From: Podarcis pityusensis
Taxonomy: Eukaryota
Strand: one strand, 5' to 3'
Length of the DNA stretch: 64,000 nucleotides
Assembly: GCA_964106645.2 (NCBI GenBank)
Contig: OZ067038.1
Made by a program: the position numbers and the translations under genes. This document shows positions 25,351-38,592 of the stretch, piece after piece (within the stretch, counting starts at the first letter, position 1; every line of letters starts with the position of its first letter). A model generated the notes under the pieces. The model was not told the DNA's origin and ran no database searches. It worked only from the letters and a program-made list of their open reading frames with translations.

Positions 25351-26519
25351 TTTTCAAGACCTGAACTCTCTCTCTTTGTTTTTCTGGACCCTTCATCTTC
25401 TGCACTATCAGGCAGTTCAGTTCATCAAAGAAGAAGGAATATCAGATTAGATAGGGATCTCTTTATATTATTGCATACCACTTTGATTTAGGGGCAAACT
25501 GCACGGTACACAGCAGTTATGTTAAAAGAGTTCTGGTGGCACCTTCTTTCCTCCTGAAAGTTCCTCCTGAAACACAGAGTTCTGGATCTGGGTTTGAGAG
25601 GTAAACAAGGACCCAGAACACTGGTGAGAGGACTACACAGGGTTGAAGAGGAATGCACCCAGCAGAGGACCACAAGGGCATTGCTATATACGACTACAGC
25701 ATAATAGGCATCCGGCAGAACAGAATGTTTCTGCTGGCAGGGGGAAATCATCCTGAGGGCACTGACTCGCTCTGTTAGCGCCAAGGCAGCCTCTGTGGCT
25801 TGCCTTTGAAGCATATCCATGAATGAAATATGCAGAGCAGCTGCTCGGGCATAAAGCCACATAGTTATCAGATTCCATCTGCTGGGCTTACAAGACAGAC
25901 AGTTGGCAGGCCTAGAACTCTACCTCCGAGAGGCTGCAACTTGGCTCTATTAGCTTATCAAAGGTTTGCTTGCTGTGGGTCCAATAAAAAGACTAAGAAT
26001 ATGCCCACCATCCAGGATTATCACTATGCGCCAGCTAAGGCTTTATTAGGAGGGAAGAGGCAGTGTGGTTTAGCATAAAGTAGAAAGGGGACTAAATGAG
26101 AAATTGGACTCATCTCCTGCACTCCTTTTCAAAGTCATGGATTTCATGTTCTCTTGTTGATTGAGTTACATAGCTCAGGCCCCTGGGTCTTGGGGTAGTC
26201 TAGGCCTAAGATACATTCAATATTTGTATGAAGCTAATACCAAGCTTGACTCTCTGAAATATCATGTTTTATTCTGGAGGGAGGCAATTGAGAAAATATG
26301 GAGATTGTGCTTTGGTTTGGGTGTCAAAAGGTGCCATTCAAACTTCAGGGCTTACCAGAGAGCAAGCCCCATTGAACTCAATCAGCCTAACTTCCTGATA
26401 AGTTTGCCTCGGATTTGGCATTATGGTGCTCTGCAGACATTTTGGGGGTGTATATTAAATGTGTACTGTATGGATAAGCCAAACTTAAATCATTAAATTA
26501 ATTTACACATGTATATACT

Positions 26520-26790
26520 TCTACAGTGGAATGCCCTCCCTAGTGAGGTGTGCCTGTCTCCATCATTATTAACTCCCAGCAGGAATTTGAAAACCTTCCT
26601 GTTTATTCAGTCACTTGGTGACTGAAGAATTCTGTTCCAGGCAACCTAGATCATTGGGCGGAAGTATGTGTTTAACTTTTGGAATGTTTTGATCTATTTT
26701 AGAATGATTTTGTTTTCAAATTGTGTATCTGTTTGCTGCCCTGGGCTCCTTGGAGAAGAAGGGCAGGATATAAATTCAGTAAATAAATAC
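26520..26790 (+). mobile_element. L2-clade LINE 3' end
   Basis: tggaatgccctccc (WNALP), aaaaccttcctgttt (KTFLF), gggcaggatataaat tail. Confidence 0.7.
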
Positions 26791-26884
26791 TGTAATTCAC
26801 AACTGTTGACATAGAGTATCCAGTTCGTTGTAAATGAGGCAAAAACAAATGAACATGACTCTCTCTGTACTTTGGGAGCTGCAT

Positions 26885-27775
26885 TGTGCTGGTATATCTG
26901 TGATAAGAACGAAAAAGTGAACCCTAACTACAACATATATTGGCTTAGTAGTCATTTTGTTCTATCCTCTAGCAAGCTGCAATGCCTTTTCTAAGCAGAG
27001 ATGCTGTACTAGCCATGACAAATTTCCTCAGAACACCCTCATGTCACCATGTAGCTTTGAGCATTAAACGTCTCTCTGCAGATAGTAAACTCAGTCCTTT
27101 ACAGCAGAATGCAGCAGAAACAACTGTGGTTGGAATAGCAACATCAAAGGTTTTATTTATAAAACAAATAACAAAACAACAAGACGACTCTCACAGCCAT
27201 CTTCTTCAGCAGAGGAGTAGAGAGAGGGAGGAGACATTTAAATAGTTCCCATACTCATACATCAATTAAGTAATTAAAGGTAACCTGCAACATTATGCAA
27301 TGTGAGAATGAGACATTACAATACTAACAGTAGCATTGTTGTGAGGGACTTCTGGTGAGGGGGGGATGGCTGTTGTCAGCTTCCTGGAAGACCACCTCAC
27401 TTTCATCTCAGAAGCATTGTAGAGCATGGGAGGAGGAAGGGGTGCGTGGTGGGTGCGGGCCGCCCTGGATGTCACCACTGGGGGGGTGACAAAATGCCGG
27501 ACGGCAGTCAACGAGGGGCCTGCAGTGTGCCAGAGCCACGCGTCTCTCCTGGGAGAGACACGGTGGCTTGGGTGCGCGCAGGCGCCACACTGTCCAAATG
27601 GTCCACCCGCTGCCTCCCCCCCCCCCCCAGCTATAGGACGGCTAAGTAGGAAGAGACAGGCAGACTCTGGAGGCCCCATGGTGTGCCCCGCCCCTGGGCG
27701 TGCTGCCCCAGGCACCCGAGCGGCTTCCTCTGCCACTGTTGTAGAGTAGTTTCTTTGTCTCATTCCAAGGACACA
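26885..27775 (-). mobile_element. Possible LTR-like element, boundaries uncertain
   Basis: Minus-strand TATTTAAA (~27240) then AATAAA (~27153); TG...CA ends possible but no clean TSD. Confidence 0.3.
27425..27738. mobile_element. GC-rich hAT-like non-autonomous element
   Basis: Perfect 8-bp TSD TTGTAGAG (27417-27424, 27739-27746); right TIR CTTCCTCTGCCACTG, left TIR degenerate. Confidence 0.8.
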
Positions 27776-29854
27776 GCTATAAAGTTTAGACTGGCCCTTT
27801 TCTTAACAGCATCAGCCATTGCCAGTTATAGCAGAAGGAGGGAAAGCAAAACGAGAAAACTAAACTCACAACTGAAGAAAACTACTTTCTGTTTCTAGAT
27901 ACAGTGACACTTTAGTGCCTTTTTTTCCTCAGTACAGTGAGTATTAATTAAAGGCTATTGCTTATCATAACAAGAAGTCTCTTCTGATGGGATTTCTGGG
28001 TGGAAATGGTGGCCACCAGCTGCTTGGAGAAGCACCACTGCCACGGTGGAACAGGAGCAAGCAGTAAACAAAAGGGAAAGGGAAGACTTAGCCCAGGGGA
28101 AGCAATTTTGCATTACCCTTCAGCAACTCCCCTCCATGTTAAGTTCAAAATTCACTATATGAGAATTTTCAGAACTGGTAACATATATTAGCACATATTA
28201 ACTGGAGCTGGTCCAGTTAAGTTGACCACATGTTATGCATCTAGCCAAAGCCAATTTATTCCATTTTAATCACACTTATCTCACAAGGGTTATTGTGGTA
28301 TATATAAGTAATATGGTGAACTCCATATAGTGGCAAGTGATATTAAAATGTTTACCCATAGTGGCAATAACACTTCTGTATGTAAAAGAAGGCTCAAATT
28401 ACTAACAGAAGAATTGCAAAGAGGAAACAATAAGCCAACAAATAAAGGGAAAGACTGACTGTGATTTCCATACCGGGGTGGAAAGCTCTTGCCCTTATTC
28501 CTTATTATCACATCGGACAGGAAAGCACTTAGAGAAATTACAGTCATTGCAAAATTGTAAAGGTAAACAAATGTGCGAAAAAAATACAGTAAGAGGAGTA
28601 AATAAATTATAATGAATGAGATTCCCCTCCAACGTTTTCCATAGGCTGTAGGCATTCATAATTATAGGAGGTGGTTGTTATCACAGTAAACTGCAGAGAT
28701 GGGATTAAGTATGCATATAATTAACACATTCAAAACAAGGTAATTGTGTTCATAAACTAAATTAAGTACTTTAAAAGTGAATTACTTGGGTGACACATGA
28801 TACTAAAATCAACTGATACCTTGAAATGCCATCAGGTTGGTTTGGTGGCATTTTCCAAAGCGCATGCAGATATTTCATCATGCGTGTTCTAATTCAAAAT
28901 AATCTCTATAAAGTAGAGTGAATTAATGTGCTCCATTAAATGTTTCATATAATGGGTGGAAGGCACCCATGAGAGACAGATGTGCCTTGAGTGATTTCCT
29001 TTGGACTCAGAGAAGATTGATAGCATCTATGTCAATATTGTGGATGGGAAATGTTGAAGCTTAGTGTCAGGAGGGGAGAATCAGTAAAAACTGGGTACCC
29101 TATATTGCATGAGCGGAAATGTTCCCACTTGCCTTATGCCAACATTATAAACAACTAGGGATGTAATTCAATATAGCATGCATCTTTGTTCAGCTTTCAT
29201 GTGATCCTCAGGCCTCTTCTGGTTCACTACAGTTTCAGTTTCACAATGTTGGTGTTCTTTCGATTTGCCATGCTTCATCTGCAGTGGATTTTGTAAACCA
29301 TTTCAAAACATTTGAATCAATAACAAGGTGTTCACTTACAAGATCGATTGGTTTACCTAACCTTAGTTATCTGACCTTACTTACCCTTCCCCCACAACCT
29401 GTAGTGCGGGAGAGAGAGGGGGGATAAAAACCAACCATAGCACTTTTCAAGGGTTATTTTGAGTAATGGGTATGTGGGTGTCTGGTTCTTTGTGTTCAAG
29501 AGAACACTTGTTACTGCTGTTGGAAGTGGTGTAGACCCCTCAGTTCATTGCAGCTAGCCAGCTTTGAAAAGGAGATCTCTTGCATGAAGTGAAGCTAATG
29601 CAGCAGGAACCTTTTATGATGGAAAGATGACTGGCATCAAGTGAAGCTAAATATTTTTGTAAATTTCAGGAAAGGAAGGGGCAGGGCGCCATAATACCAT
29701 GGACACTTGCAGCATCTCCTTCAGTGTATGCTTGCTTCAAAGGTGGGATGAAACAATGAATTACATGCTTTGTTAGTAATTTTGAAAACTGCACACCTGG
29801 TGCACATCCCTGGATACAAACCAGTGCCTTGTATCTGATGCAGAACAAAGTAAC

Positions 29855-30000
29855 CATCCCGTCAGCACAAGTGGGACTTCCCCTCTTCCCCCTCCCTGAC
29901 ACCCCTTTAAATCTGTTTTGTGATTTCCCTCTACCTCTGGAACAGATCTGGGGAGAGTGCAGGGCAGACACAGGAGGAGAAAAGTGAGGAAGTCCCATTA
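29855..30000. repeat. Palindromic MITE-like repeat
   Basis: Arms tgggacttcc...aatctgtt / aacagatc...ggaagtccca; a related degenerate copy lies at ~35930-36070. Confidence 0.5.
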
Positions 30001-30019
30001 TTTGTTTGTATGTGTGTGT

Positions 30020-30450
30020 GTTCTTTATTGAAAAATAAGGGGGGGATTATACCCATTATAAAATTATAAGCGCACAAGGTAAAATAAGACATGAAAAGAA
30101 TGACAATTGTTAAGATACACTCTTGTAATAAAAAAAAGACAAAAGAAAATGAAAGTTATAAATTTACAAGGTTATTATTTTACTTATTCTAAACTTAACC
30201 TAATGTAGTGTCCATGGCAAGTTTGTCCATGGCAAGTTTGTACATGACTTGTTCATGTGTTGCAAGATTGAACATATCTTCTATCCATTCATTGAAGAGA
30301 CCCACATTTTTATTTTTCCAGTTCATCAATATCAGTCTTTTTGCCATAGTAAGGGTGGGGAAGTCCCATTGTGCCCATGGAAATCCTTGCAATAATGGGA
30401 TGGCTGCTGGATCTCAGCCTTTGTCATTAAGCAGCTGTCACTTGCTTTAT
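30020..30450 (-). mobile_element. L1/Tx1-like LINE 3' remnant
   Basis: LTMAKRLILMNWKNK...EWIEDM resembles the ORF2 C-terminus of vertebrate L1; minus-strand AATAAA further downstream. Confidence 0.6.
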
Positions 30451-31192
30451 ATGTGAAACATGAACAGCTTTCTTTTGTCTGTCCTAAACTGTCTTTCTTT
30501 TTTCCTTATCTCTTTCTACTCAGGTTCACTTTACTCTTATCAACATCTCTTCCCCCATTTTCCCCTCGTGTTGTTGTCCCATAATTGTTGGTTCCCATTG
30601 CCTTATCAGTCAATGACTTATTCTCACCCTCTCAACTGCCCCCACAATTCACTACATCCCCAATATATTGTGTTTCAAGCCTATACAAGTTTACTCAGAA
30701 GGAAGTCCCATTTAATTCAATAAGGTTTACTCCTAGTTAGTGGGTGTAGAAATGCAGTGTTAATAGTATCTCCATTCTTCTTTCAGTATCACCAAGTTTT
30801 TATTGGTAGGGTGTGTTGAACCTCTCCCACATTGCAAAGAGGACCAGCTTTACTAAGATGCAATGCAAAGTCGCTGCTTCAGGCAGAAGGTGTCAGGAAA
30901 GAAGCCATTTCCCCATCCTTTCCCGTCTACAAACTCTTTCATTGTTTTTAATAAAAATGGCCAGAGGTGGGAAGGAAGAGGGGATCATTCTGACCTTTCT
31001 TCTTATTCTTCGTATGCAAAAAAAACTGTCAAAAGCTGGTAGTTCTTGTGGATAAAGACCATGTGATAATGGTCTCACAGGGCATAGGGACCTGGTGACA
31101 GCATGAAAGGATAGCTTTGTAGCTTCCTGGAAGTCACCACTCTTCTCAAGGATGAGACCACATTTCTACTGGAGTTCAGGTGCTAGTCCATA

Positions 31193-31444
31193 CAGTGGTA
31201 TCTCTGGATGTGAACGGGATACATACCGGAGCCCTGTTCGCATCCTGAGCAGAACGCAACCCGTGTCTGCATGTGCATGGGTCGCGATTCGCCGCTTCTG
31301 CGCATGCACATGACGTCATTTTGTGCATCTGCACATGCGCGAGCGGCGAAACCCAGAAGTAACCCGTTCCATTACTTCCAGGTCGCCGTGGTATGCAACC
31401 TGAAAACGCTCAACCTGAAGCAACTTTAACCCGAGGTATGACTG
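31193..31444. mobile_element. Tigger-like MITE, second subfamily
   Basis: TA|CAGTGGTATCTC...GAGGTATGACTG|TA; internal tgcgcatg repeats. Confidence 0.8.
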
Positions 31445-32373
31445 TAATGTGTTCTATAGTATTGTGCTTCTCAAGTCAACAAGGTTGCAAGCCAGAATGC
31501 CCATCTGTTCAGACAGGAAGCAATGGTTAACAAAAGCAGCGAGTTGATGGGGTGGTAAAGGAAGGAAAGAAATCTAGGAGAACAAGACCTCAAAAAAGAT
31601 TTTCCTCTAAATTCTGGGTAGGTAACTCCAAGTATAAGATATATTTGAATTGGAGTAGCACCTTCTCATTTCCTAGACATTAACTGCCCCCAGTCTAGCT
31701 TTAGTCAAGTGCAAGTAGCATACATGTGAATCTGTATAAAAAAATGCATCCAGCCAGTTCAATGACCTGATAAGTACTACAATGTGGTTATACCAGCAGA
31801 TGTGCATTTACATCTGTACCATCTATATCCTCGAGTGTGCTCTGTGCTGTGGCTAAATAGCAAGGCAAATTTTGGGGTGATTTTTCCTCTTCCGAAGTAG
31901 AACCATTATGTCAACAAAGCACTCTAAGTCAGATCATGGGCCCCAAAAAGCCAGGTTTTTTCTGTACATTATCTCTATGTTTTATGTGTTTCGCTATGTT
32001 TCTGTATAGCACTGAAGAGCTCTGGGTGATATTTTTTTGTTAAAGTAGAGTAGCAGACAGGTGTTGTTGTTCTTTTAAAACTAACCAAAGTTAGAATAAC
32101 TTTTTTTAAAATTGTCAGCTCCTCTGCTTTCAGGAGGGTAAGGAATCACTCACAGCTCTACAGGACTCCATAGGCTCCAGTAAGGGTAGCCTGATTTTGT
32201 GATGCCTGTTGGAGAACATCCTCTCCCAACACAAACAAGTGCCAGAAAGTGAATCTAGGCAGTGTGAAGATGCTCATGTTTTACTCTTAATGTTTTAAGA
32301 GTAGACTTAGTCTGTTTTTCAGGGCTCCCGTGCCTGCAAATTTCATCCGCTTCTGCCAAAAGAAGGGGAAAAG

Positions 32374-32509
32374 CAAAGCTTTTTTTCAGCCAGAACTCAC
32401 TAGAACTCAGTTCCTGTACCTCTCAGGTGGACACCATTGCCATTATAAGAGAACAACGGAAGCTTTCATGGTGAGTTCCAGCATTTCGTTTTCTAGAAAA
32501 ATAACACTG
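32374..32509. mobile_element. hAT-like MITE
   Basis: Ends CAAAGCTTTTTTT...AAAAATAACACTG; flanking GAAAAG duplication; subterminal GAACTC/GAGTTC. Confidence 0.6.
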
Positions 32510-32978
32510 GAAAAGTATGGCAATTTTTAGATTCCCCATAAAAATTAATGGAGAACGTACAATTTAATGTTACACAGAGTGGCACAGAATCCAAATCGCA
32601 GATCAGTACAACAGAACACAGGAAAAAAAGGACAGATACAAAGTGAATGAGGGGGCATGCACTCCCCTACTATATGCACAGAAGTCATCTTCTGTTTATG
32701 TAACCTTCTTGCTGAATTAGAGCTATTGAGGTCAATAGATATTTAAAATGTTTGACTTTAAAAATAAAATCTGGAATTGCAGTTATTAAATACATACCAG
32801 GTTGCCTGCTTTCATGAAAACAATTGTGCATTTAGATATTAAAACAAAGGTACTATATCTTATCTGAATTGGACGACAGATTAGATCACTTCCTTACAGC
32901 TACTAACCTAAAGCTTCTTTGAACCACAATTCTACTGATGAAAAGTACTTCTTTTATAGATAAACTAAGTAACCAAAT

Positions 32979-33289
32979 CAAACGCATCCATTCTTAAGGA
33001 AATTAGCCCTGAGTGCTCACTGGAAGGACAGATCGTGAAGCTGAGGCTCCAATACTTTGGCCACCTCATCAGAAGAGAAGACTCCCTGGAAAAGACCCTG
33101 ATGTTGGGAAAGATGGAGGGCACAAGGAGAAGGGGACGACAGAGGACGAGATGGTTGGACAGTGTTCTCGAAGCTACAAACATGAGTCTGACCAAACTGC
33201 GGGAGGCAGTGGAAGACAGAAGTGCCTGGCGTGCTCTGGTCCATGGGGTCACGAAGAGTCGGACACAACTAAACGACTAAACAACAACA
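32979..33289 (+). mobile_element. RTE-BovB LINE 3' fragment
   Basis: ORF KLRLQYFGHLIRREDSLEKTLMLGKMEG...WRALVHGVTKSRTQLND; (CAA)n tail; perfect 12-bp TSD AAGTAACCAAAT. Confidence 0.95.
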
Positions 33290-34644
33290 AAGTAACCAAA
33301 TAATTATGCCATGCCTACTCTGCAGCTGTTTAAAATCATGATTCTATGCTTCAGTGATACGAAAAAGCTCTTCCTGTGAGTCACAGTTACAGAAATGCTA
33401 TCATTAGTAAGCTATCTACCTCTCCCAGATTCATTAGGGAATGGCTCCACATCTATCATCTACAGGTCATGTGGCAATACTGCTTAACTACAGAGTTCCA
33501 CATCTGGTGATATCGATTGGAAAGAAGATTACTATTATTCTCATTGTATAGCTAAAGGAATTGATAGGAATATCCCCGTGCTCATAAAATAGATTAAGGG
33601 ACATGCCCAAGGTCAAATTGCAGGTCAGTGGCACATCAGGAAATAAGAATTCCAGCCTCATGATTCCTAGCCTAGACCTGTATGCAGTAGGTCAGTCTGG
33701 TTCTCAAGACATGTCTCACTTCCCAACAATTCCTCCTGTGCAGAGAGCCAATCAAAGGCCCATTATTAACGCTCAAAGTCAAAAGCCAGCAGTAACACCA
33801 AAGTGCAGGGCAGAAAATTGCCTGCCAATTCTCTTCAGAAAAGAGCTCATTATCTTGGGCAAAACATAGCTTATTCCAGAACATCTGTCAGGAAAGAGGC
33901 TTATTTCTGAGACTCCAATGGTGACATTTCTATCGCTATAAATAAGGTGCAAAAATATTATGCTGCATATAGAACACAGTATTTATATAACATTTTGGGG
34001 TCTCTTTACTTCTTCTTTTTAAGCAGGCTATGGAACTTGGTTCACTAGAAGAAGGACTGAAGGCCTAGTCAAGCTTTTGCTCTGAATCTTGGTGAAGTTT
34101 TAAGCTTACACATGCAGCTGATAAGAATATACCTGTAGAGAAGGATGGCATATGAAGGTCATGTCTTGATCAGGTGCCTTCAAGGAGAATTAGTTTTAAC
34201 TAAACTGGAAAAAGGTCCTGGAGATTTGACATGACTTGGAAAGGATGTTAAGGAAAGGAGAGAGTGCTGTATGTGGAAAGAGGAGTGTGCAAAGGTCAAG
34301 AGAACAACAGGGTAGTATCCAAGCCAGATGATAGTTAACTTGTAGACCAATGGCATACATGTCTACCCAGAAGTTCTCATCCATTTGTGTTTAAGGGGGC
34401 TTACTCACAGGTATGCTGGCACAGGGTTGCAATCTAGGATTTGGCTTAGGGTTAGCACTGGGGGAAAGCAGGGTTATTGTGCCTAACAGCTTGCTGTATT
34501 TGAACATAATTTTTATAAATGTCAATTTTGTGTGGATATTGATTTGAACATCTGGGGGTTTTATATTGACTTTGTATGTTTAGTTTTGGAGGGAACAGTG
34601 TGTGTTGTTATTGTATTTTTCTTTTCCTTTTTAAAAAAGCTATA

Positions 34645-34886
34645 CAGTGGTACCTCGGGTTAAATACTTAATTTGTTCTGGAGGTCCATTCTTAACCTCA
34701 AACTATTCTTAACCTGAAGCACCACTTTAGCTAATGGGGCCTCCTGCTGCCGCCACGCCGCCAGAGCACGATTTCTGTTCTCATTCTGAAGCAAAGTTCT
34801 TAACCTGAAGCACTATTTCTGGGTTAGCAGAGTCTGTAACCTGAAGCGTATGTAACCTGAAGCGTATGTAATCTGAGGTACCACTG
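34645..34886. mobile_element. Tigger-like MITE
   Basis: Same TIRs and TA TSD as 15140 and 19607. Confidence 0.9.
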
Positions 34887-36354
34887 TATTTGTTTTTGCT
34901 TTCTTCTTTGTTAAATTTGACTAGATGGATAGATAGATGATAGATCAAGACAGACAGACAGATAATTGATGAAAGAGAAACTGCCCGGCAGAGAAAGGTT
35001 AAAATGTGAAAAAGCTGTTCCTAAATGTGCACAACTTTACAGAAAAATGACTAGTGGACAAAAGACTAAATGCAAAGTATCTGTGTTAACTGGAGATGAC
35101 CTTCCACCCCACCCCCAGCATGTTGAAATGCAGTTGCAAATCCATGTTCCTGCATGGCCACCCATTCATTTAAAAAACCTGGCAAGGATGCTTATAATAA
35201 ATCTGCATCTCTTCCTTTTGTACGAGCACATCCAGAGACACTCAAGAGCCCTTTAAGTGGCATGTGTGAAATCTGTTGGTCTGACTGCTTCCCTAACCGG
35301 TCCTTACAAAAATAAAGGCTATATGTAAAGCTTTCAGATAAACATCACAAAGTATTATGTAATGGGCATTTCTAAAGTCATTCCCCATAGTTCCCACTAG
35401 ATGTTATTTCAGTTATGCTCCATATTGACCTCATTTTTTTGGCTGAAAGTTTAATTTCCCGCCCTAGGACTAAGCTTCTAAGTTCATTTAGCCAAAGTTC
35501 ATATTAAAATGACCTGTTGGCAAACAGTAACATCTGTGCACATCCCCTGCTCTATCTGAAGATCCTTGCTTCAAAGCAAAACTGTAAAGCCCCTACATTG
35601 GATGGTCTGTCGCATTTGGATGCTCTGTGCCGCATGGCGACGTGGTAATCATTTGTGATGGCAGCATGTAGAGAAAGCATATGACTTTTAATGTGATGTC
35701 ATATCCATGTATTGGCTTATAGCACAAATATTTAAAGCCTATTTACACCACTAGCTGCGCCAGTTGTTGTTTTCAGTCAGCTGGTGATCACTTTTATGCT
35801 GCCAGGAGCAGAATAATTGTGTGGCTGGAGAAATACTCGTGTGGGAAGGAGCTGCAGGATGGACCTCTCCTATGCAGCTTCAGATATTGAGGAGTGAAAT
35901 TCAATGTAACCTTAAGGAGATTGTTCCATTTCTGCTTGCCCAGTGAAATAGTCCCCCCCACCCCATTCTGATGGTTGCTCCAACCCCCCACAGCAGATTT
36001 GCAAATAGGCATGGGATTAGGAGAGGTAAGGAAGCCCTGTTGTACTGACAAGAGTCCTTGCAACGGGCTTCTGCTAATTAAACTGAGTAGTTTAATTCAG
36101 TCCCAAGATTGCTGGCCAGCAAAGAGCCTTGTTGCAGTGGGGAGCCTCCATCCTGTGGGTCTAAACCTGGCCTCCTCGTATGGCCTGCGAGGCCCTTTCA
36201 GCCAGGCCACGCCCACCTAGTCCAAATGGAAGGCCCAAATGGGTTTCAGTGAGTAGCCCAAGAAATGCAGCATATGTCACCATTCTAAACTATTCATAAC
36301 CAGCCCTTATCTGCCTGTGCTATCAGCATTATTATGTTTGGCATGCATCGCCAC

Positions 36355-36570
36355 GAACCAGTTTGGTGTAGTGGTTAGTGTGTTGTATTAGGGTTCAAAT
36401 CCCTGCTCAGCCATGAAACTCACTGGGTGACCTTGGGCCCATCACAGGCTGACTGCCTCGCAGGATTGTTGTGAGGGCAAACCGGGGAGGAACAAAACCG
36501 CTTGTATGCCGCTTGAGCACCTTGGAGGAAAGGTGGGATATATATGTAATAAAAAATAATAATAAATGAG
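36355..36570 (+). mobile_element. tRNA/CORE SINE (Squam3/MIR-like)
   Basis: ccagtttggtgtagtggttag...ggttcaaatccc...gggtgaccttgggc...gggatata tail. Confidence 0.75.
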
Positions 36571-36980
36571 CAAGTTTTGTAGGTGAAGATGTGTTTTTTG
36601 AATGAGGTGGATGTTATCAATAAAAAAACCAAAGCACCTCACTCATGTTCAAGCATTGTATAAGCTTGTAAATAAGCTTTGTTGTAAATTCAACAAAGCA
36701 GCAACTTCTATCAAATCCTAATATATCTTCAAAATTAATTTTTAAAAAATGTAGAGTTTGGTTCAAAAGGTATTTCTCAATGGGACTCCCATGTATAAAT
36801 TCTGTTTTGTCTCCACTTGTTCTTCTAAAGCCAGAAGAGCATTTTCTTCCTCTTTTAAAATTAAACTAGAGTAGTCATAGAGTTATTGATGCATCATCAC
36901 ACATTTCCTGTCCCACAGGTTTGGAATACAGTACCATTTTAAGGAGGATGCTGACTAAAACATTGACCTGATCTCACGTG

Positions 36981-37285
36981 TGTTGTTGTTTAGTCGTGTC
37001 CAACTCTTCGTGACCCCATGGACCAGAGCACTTCAGGCACTTCTGTCTTCCACTGCCTCCCACAGTTTGGTCAAACTCTTTTTGGTAGCTTTGAGAACAC
37101 GGTCCAACCATCTCATCCTCTGTCATCCCCTTCTCCTTGTGCCCTCAGTCTTTCCCAACATCAGGGTATTTTCCAGGGAGTCTTCTCTTCTCATGAGGTG
37201 GCCAAAGTATTGGAGCCTCAACTTCAGGATCTGTCCTTCCAGTGAGCACTCAGGGCTGAATTTCTTAAGAACTGATAGGTTTGAT
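36981..37285 (-). mobile_element. RTE-BovB LINE 3' fragment
   Basis: Reverse complement of the 32979 copy (SPECSLEGQILKLRLQYFGHLMRREDSLENTLMLG). Confidence 0.92.
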
Positions 37286-38014
37286 TTTACACATTGTGTG
37301 TTACCTACAGCTGCTTCTCTTGCCTGCAGTGTTTGCATTGCAATTTAATAGAGCATGAAAAATTAGAAATCGCATAGAATACTTATAGGACTTACTGAGA
37401 TGCCAGGATTCTGAAACTTGAGTTTTCTGTGTTGAAAGCAGCTAGATCAGTGCATGTTCTCCATCAATATGCATAAGTCTAAGGCAGCAAGGCTCATTTT
37501 GTTCCTTTTCCACAGCTTTGGTCTATTTTTTCATGTGTTAACAAGCAGCGAAAGAATAAGCAGAAAGACAGGATCCTGTTTTTCCATCATATTTTTTCAG
37601 TGTGGCACTCAGTTAATCTGGGACAGAACAACACTTTGCCAACTTCTGTCCTCAAGTGAAACCTTCCACTCCTTTTTAGCTTGGCTTTGGTACCTAATAA
37701 AGGAAGAATAAATGAGACAAGAAGCTGGGAAAGGTAATAATCATGGTCTAGCACAAAAAGCTCTTTGATCTTTCCTACCTCCTTTTTATAGCATTGTGAG
37801 ACAAGTATGCCTGCATATAAACTGTGGCTTTAAAATGCCAGATGCGCGAGTCAGACCCCTAGAATTAGGCTTAGACTGCCAACTGGGCAAGAGGGACACC
37901 TGCCCAGGGTGCTGTCTTTCCTTTCCATCCAGAGCTGCATGAAAGTGCTTGATCAGCTGCAACAGGTATGCAGTGCGTCCTCTAGAATAGGCTTCAGAAT
38001 CTTCTACAGTATGA

Positions 38015-38126
38015 ATGAGGTCTTCTGGTTGCTGCTGTACTCTGACTTCCATCATCCTCAGCCAGCATGGCCGATGCTCAGGGATGATGGAAGTTGTAGT
38101 CCAGCAACTGGTTCCCCAAGCTTGCT
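38015..38126. mobile_element. hAT-Charlie-like MITE (degenerate)
   Basis: Palindromic core cttccatcatcc...ggatgatggaagttgtagtcc. Confidence 0.65.
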
Positions 38127-38190
38127 TTAGAACCATAGAAAGAATAAGCAGAAAGACAGGATCCTGTTTTTCCATCATATTTTTTTCAGT

Positions 38191-38259
38191 TGTATTATTT
38201 TATTGTTGTTAGCCGCCCTGAGCCCGGCTTCGGCTGGGGAGGGTGGGATATAAATAAAA

Positions 38260-38304
<45 letters not shown>
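38191..38304 (+). mobile_element. L2-like LINE extreme 3' end with (TTA)n tail
   Basis: gttagccgccctgagcccggcttcggctggggagggtgggatataaat(tta)n; same family as 63640-64000. Confidence 0.8.
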
Positions 38305-38305
<1 letters not shown>

Positions 38306-38592
38306 GGTGGAAGGGACCCAAAGGGTCAACTAGCCCAAGTCCCTGCAATGCAGGAATAACAGCTAAAGATTCCCTGACAGATGACCATCCAATTTCTGCT
38401 GGGAAACTTCAAATAAAGGAGAGTCTCCATCTTCCAAGGTACTCCATTCCACTGTCAGATTTAACCACCAGAAAGCTCTTCCTAATGTTTAATCTGAATC
38501 TTCTTTACTGCGATTTGAATCCACTGGTCCAGGCCTTACCCTCTGGAGCAGCAGAAAGCAAACTTGCTCCATCTTCCATGTGACAGCTCTTC
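38305..38592 (-). mobile_element. CR1 LINE 3' fragment
   Basis: Reverse complement resembles the CR1 3' end at 14350-14640 (tctggagcagcagaaa, ttcctaatgttta). Confidence 0.75.

Noticed and set aside
27293-27763. GC-rich ORF cluster as a second gene or promoter
   Set aside because: Lies within a TSD-bounded hAT insertion.
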